Assembly (NCBI GenBank): GCA_963791045.1
Contig: CAWBQK010000009.1
Location: 128,001-192,000 of the forward strand
Direction of reading: 5' to 3'
From: Candidatus Latescibacterota bacterium
GTDB taxonomy: Bacteria; Krumholzibacteriota; Krumholzibacteriia; WVZY01
DNA length: 64,000 bases
The position numbers were made by a program, and so were the translations under genes. Position 1 is the stretch's first letter, and every line of letters begins with the position of its first letter. Under the pieces are notes generated by a model. It searched no databases and was not told the origin of the DNA. It saw only the letters and a list, made by a program, of their open reading frames with translations. Shown piece by piece: positions 60,807 through 64,000 of the stretch.

Positions 60807-61771
60807 ATGATCAATCACCGTCCGGGTATCGCCCGGCATGTGCTCGTCTGTCTTCTCGCCATCGCCGTCCTGGGGATCGGCGCCGCCGGCGTTCTCGCCA
60901 AGGACAAGGCGCCCGATCTCGATAAGCTCTCCGAGGAATATGACAAAGCCCACGAAAAGGGCGACTACGTAAAAGCGCTCGAAATCGCCGAGCAGATGGT
61001 CGACGTAACCTGGCCCATACACATCGACGCGCTTTACAAGGTTGCGGCGATGCAGTGCAAGAACGGCAAAAAAGATGAAGCCTACGAGTGGCTCGAATTC
61101 CTCTTCGATTCCGGGTACGGGATGTTCCACGAGATGAAAAAGGACGAGGACTTCGCGCTCGTACAAGACGACGCCCGTTTCAAGAAGATGGTCCGTTCGA
61201 CATGGTCGCGCCGTTATCTCGAGATGCTCGAGCGCGCAGAGCGTGATGATTTCCAAAAACCCAAAGAAGTTATGGAGGCGCTTGCCATTAAACCCGGCGA
61301 GAAGGTCGCCGACATCGGCGCCGGCTCGGGTTACTTTACCATTCCGATCGCCAAAGCCGTCGGTGACGAAGGGGTCGTGTGGGCGATCGATATCCGAAAA
61401 GAAATGCTCAATTACATCGAGGGCCGCCTGATCGACGAAGATCTCGAGAACGTCCGCCTTCAGCTCGTCGACAAGGACGACCCGCAGCTCCCGCAGGGCA
61501 AGGTGGACACGATCCTCATGGTCAACACCTGGCACTACATCCGCGATCCTGAGTACGCCAAAAAACTCGCCGCGGGTCTCGCGCCCGGCGGCCGTGTGAT
61601 CATTATCGACTACATTCCCAAACCGTGGTCGGAGCGTCCATGGGGTCCGCCCGAGTCGCAGCACACGTCGCGCGAAGAACTCGACGGACACTTCGCCGAA
61701 GCGGGACTCAAGGTATCAAATCGCACGACTTCCTCACCGAACAGTACTTTGTCGAATACGGGGCGGAATAA
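60807..61771 (+). CDS. Class I SAM-dependent methyltransferase with signal peptide and N-terminal TPR-like domain (frameshift at ~61714)
   Basis: VADIGAGSGYF, WAIDI and GGRVIIIDY motifs. True C-terminus IKSHDFLTEQYFVEYGAE-TAA (61769-61771) is in another frame. GGAGG RBS. Confidence 0.85.
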
Positions 61772-61774
61772 CCG

Positions 61775-63100
61775 GTGACGGACGCCGGTCAAGAATCGCG
61801 GGGCACCCCCAAACGGGCATTGTCGCTCTTTGATTCCACGTGTCTCATTGTTGGAATCATTATCGGCGCCGGTATCTATCAAACGGCGCCCGATGTCGCC
61901 AAGGGTGCGGGTGCGTGGTGGGGTGTGCTCGCCATCTGGATGGTCGGCGGTCTTCTGTCGCTCTTTGGCGCCCTCGGGTACGCCGAGCTTGCCTCGGCGT
62001 ACCCCCGGGAGGGCGGCGACTACGTCTACCTCGGCCGCGCGTACGGCCCCTGGGCGGGATTCTTGTTCGGATGGATACAACTCGTCGTGGTGCGTCCCGG
62101 AGACATCGCCGTCATGGCGTTTGCGTTCGCCATGTATGCGCGAACCATCTATGACCCGTTTGCCGGGACGTCGTTCGCGTACGGCCAGCAATTCTACGCC
62201 GTCGCCGCCGTGGTTGTTCTCACTTTGATCAATGCCGCCGGTGTGCGCGAAGGAAAGTGGACACAAAATCTTTTGACTTCGGTCAAGGTTCTCGGTCTGC
62301 TCGCCATTGCCGTTGTCGCCGTCGTCGCGCCGCGCGGACAGTCGACACCGATTTCAGTGGATCCCTTTCCCTTGAGTGTCGCGATGATCCTCGTTCTCTT
62401 CACTTTCGGTGGCTGGAACGAGATGGCATATGTCGCCGCGGAGGTCAAGAACCCCAAACGCAACATCGTTCGGGCCCTCGTTCTCGGCACCGTCGCGGTG
62501 ACCGTTATCTATCTTCTCGTGAACGGGGCGTTTCTTTACACGCTTGGGTACGAAGGGACGGCGACATCGTCGGCCGTCGCCGTCGATGCCGTGTCGGCGG
62601 TCTTCCCCGAAATTGGCGGACGTTTGATTGCCGCGTTGATTTGCATATCGGCGCTCGGCGCCGTAAACGGACTTGTGTTTGCCGGGGCACGGATATCGTA
62701 CGCGGTGGGCGCCGATCACAAAGCGTTTCGGATGGTGGGGCGTTGGAGCCAAAGGCGCGGGACGCCGGTGCGAGCTTTGCTCCTCCAGGGGGCGATCGCC
62801 ATCGCGCTCATTATCATACTGGGGACGTTTATCAATTCGATCCTCTATACAGCGGCCGCGGTGTACACGTTCTACCTCTCCACAAATCTTGCCGTGATCG
62901 TGCTGCGGTTCAAAGAGCCCGGGGTGGAGCGGCCTTATAAAGTCACCGGCTATCCCGTGACGACACTCGTTTTCTGCGCAGTGTGCGCTTTTCTCATATA
63001 CGGCGCGATCACATACAAGCCGTGGATCGCGGTGAGTTCGTGCGTGCTTCTATTGCTCGGGCTTCCCGTCTACTGGCTGACGACGAGAAGACGTGCGTAA
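61775..63100 (+). CDS. APC family amino acid permease (LAT-like)
   Basis: IIGAGIY, YAELASAYPREGGDY and FTFGGWNEMAYVAAEVKNPKRN motifs. Confidence 0.95.
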   Translation: MTDAGQESRGTPKRALSLFDSTCLIVGIIIGAGIYQTAPDVAKGAGAWWGVLAIWMVGGLLSLFGALGYAELASAYPREGGDYVYLGRAYGPWAGFLFGWIQLVVVRPGDIAVMAFAFAMYARTIYDPFAGTSFAYGQQFYAVAAVVVLTLINAAGVREGKWTQNLLTSVKVLGLLAIAVVAVVAPRGQSTPISVDPFPLSVAMILVLFTFGGWNEMAYVAAEVKNPKRNIVRALVLGTVAVTVIYLLVNGAFLYTLGYEGTATSSAVAVDAVSAVFPEIGGRLIAALICISALGAVNGLVFAGARISYAVGADHKAFRMVGRWSQRRGTPVRALLLQGAIAIALIIILGTFINSILYTAAAVYTFYLSTNLAVIVLRFKEPGVERPYKVTGYPVTTLVFCAVCAFLIYGAITYKPWIAVSSCVLLLLGLPVYWLTTRRRA

Positions 63101-63403
63101 GCCAACGTGAAACCAAACGCCGATCACGTCGTCGCTCGCATGACAAAACCCACCCTCACCCTCCCCGCCGATCGTGTGGTCATTCACATCATTATTGTTT
63201 TATTTTATTCCCAAAAACATTCTTGATTTTGTTCTTGACGTGTTTTCAGACGGGCTGTTTTCAATATCGTGTATACGCCTCCTATTCGACGCGCACACGC
63301 GATTTAGTGAAATAAGAACCGCTCTTTTCTAAACTTCGACATTTTTGATTCGTCGGCGTGTTTTGTCATTCCACCCGCCGCACACGGCCCTCCAAAAACC
63401 CCA

Positions 63404-63412
63404 TGTTATAAT
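63404..63412 (+). promoter_or_regulatory. Extended -10 promoter
   Basis: TGTTATAAT in an AT-rich intergenic region upstream of the last ORF. Confidence 0.55.
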
Positions 63413-63492
63413 ACAAGTGTTGACGATCCTCCCCGTTGACATGTGCAGCTGTCGTAAGTCAACACACGACGTCTTTCCCCGGGAGGGTTCCC

Positions 63493-63978
63493 ATGTCTTC
63501 CAATCAATCGCTCGCCGGTCTATCCGACAACGCTCTTCTCTCTCGTCTTCACAAACTCGTCACCCACGAAAAGCAAACCACACTCTCTATACTAGAGCAC
63601 CTCGCCGAGGTCGACCGGCGGGACCTCTATCTTTTGTACGGCTTCAGTTCCCTTTTTGATTATTGCGTCGGCGACCTTGGGTACTCGCGTTCGGCGGCCG
63701 GCAGACGAATCGCATCGGCCCGATGTATCCGTCGTCACCCCGAAGTGTTCGCTCTTCTCGAATCGGGTGACGCCAATTTGTGCACCGTTGGACTCGTGGC
63801 GCCCATACTCGATGACGAGAATAAGGATCTTCTTCTCAGCGAGATCTGCGGCAAAACCAAACAGCAGGTCGAGTCGATCGTGTCCAGGTACAAGCCGCCC
63901 ATCGCCTACCGTGATCGTGTTCGCCCCGTGCGCGTGGCCGTCCCTCAATCGAGGGCAAAACACCCAGAATCGCCGTAA
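63493..63978 (+). CDS. Hypothetical protein resembling the N-terminal (DUF222-like) helical domain of HNH-associated proteins
   Basis: LSDNALL...ILEHLAEVDRRDLY..GFSSLFDYCV..LGYSRSAAGRRI motif; GGGAGG RBS; no HNH motif before the stop. Confidence 0.6.
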   Translation: MSSNQSLAGLSDNALLSRLHKLVTHEKQTTLSILEHLAEVDRRDLYLLYGFSSLFDYCVGDLGYSRSAAGRRIASARCIRRHPEVFALLESGDANLCTVGLVAPILDDENKDLLLSEICGKTKQQVESIVSRYKPPIAYRDRVRPVRVAVPQSRAKHPESP

Positions 63979-64000
63979 CCCATTGATTTTTAACTCCCAC

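Noticed and set aside
60771-61691. 306-aa minus-strand ORF
   Set aside because: Antisense shadow of the methyltransferase.
1-64000. tRNA, rRNA, IS/transposase, integrase, prophage or recognised defence systems
   Set aside because: No such motifs were seen by eye; dedicated scans were not run.

Overview
GC-rich bacterial chromosomal window with about 45 protein genes. I found no rRNA, tRNA, CRISPR array or recognisable transposase/integrase. The content (PorV-like barrel, FlgD/T9SS-type C-terminal domains, DUF5916, GT-C proteins) suggests a diderm FCB-adjacent lineage such as Krumholzibacteriota/Latescibacterota/Eisenbacteria; this is inference only. The most interesting element is an 11-kb co-oriented operon (24137-35185) encoding: a ~1000-aa Ig-repeat surface protein with a T9SS-like C-terminal sorting domain, a PorV-like barrel fused to an FlgD-like Ig domain, a ~1000-aa TPR protein, ExbB, two ExbD, TonB, and an FlgD-like protein with a possible degenerate OmpA domain. 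It has no TonB-dependent receptor, so it is a candidate T9SS-related export/display system driven by an ExbBD-TonB motor instead of PorLM. Other notable loci: a cytochrome bd-like CydA fused to two c-type hemes plus a partner subunit; a bactofilin-like/Omp85 + ABC + FG-GAP operon; an orphan lsrF + aldolase/SDR pair; a PadR-HAAS sensor pair with a perfect operator; a REP-like nested palindrome cluster; and a TetR-RND efflux operon. Many genes, mostly at 26.8-32.8 kb and 44.1-45.4 kb, are broken by single-base indels that look like assembly errors. I reconstructed these genes across frames by eye.
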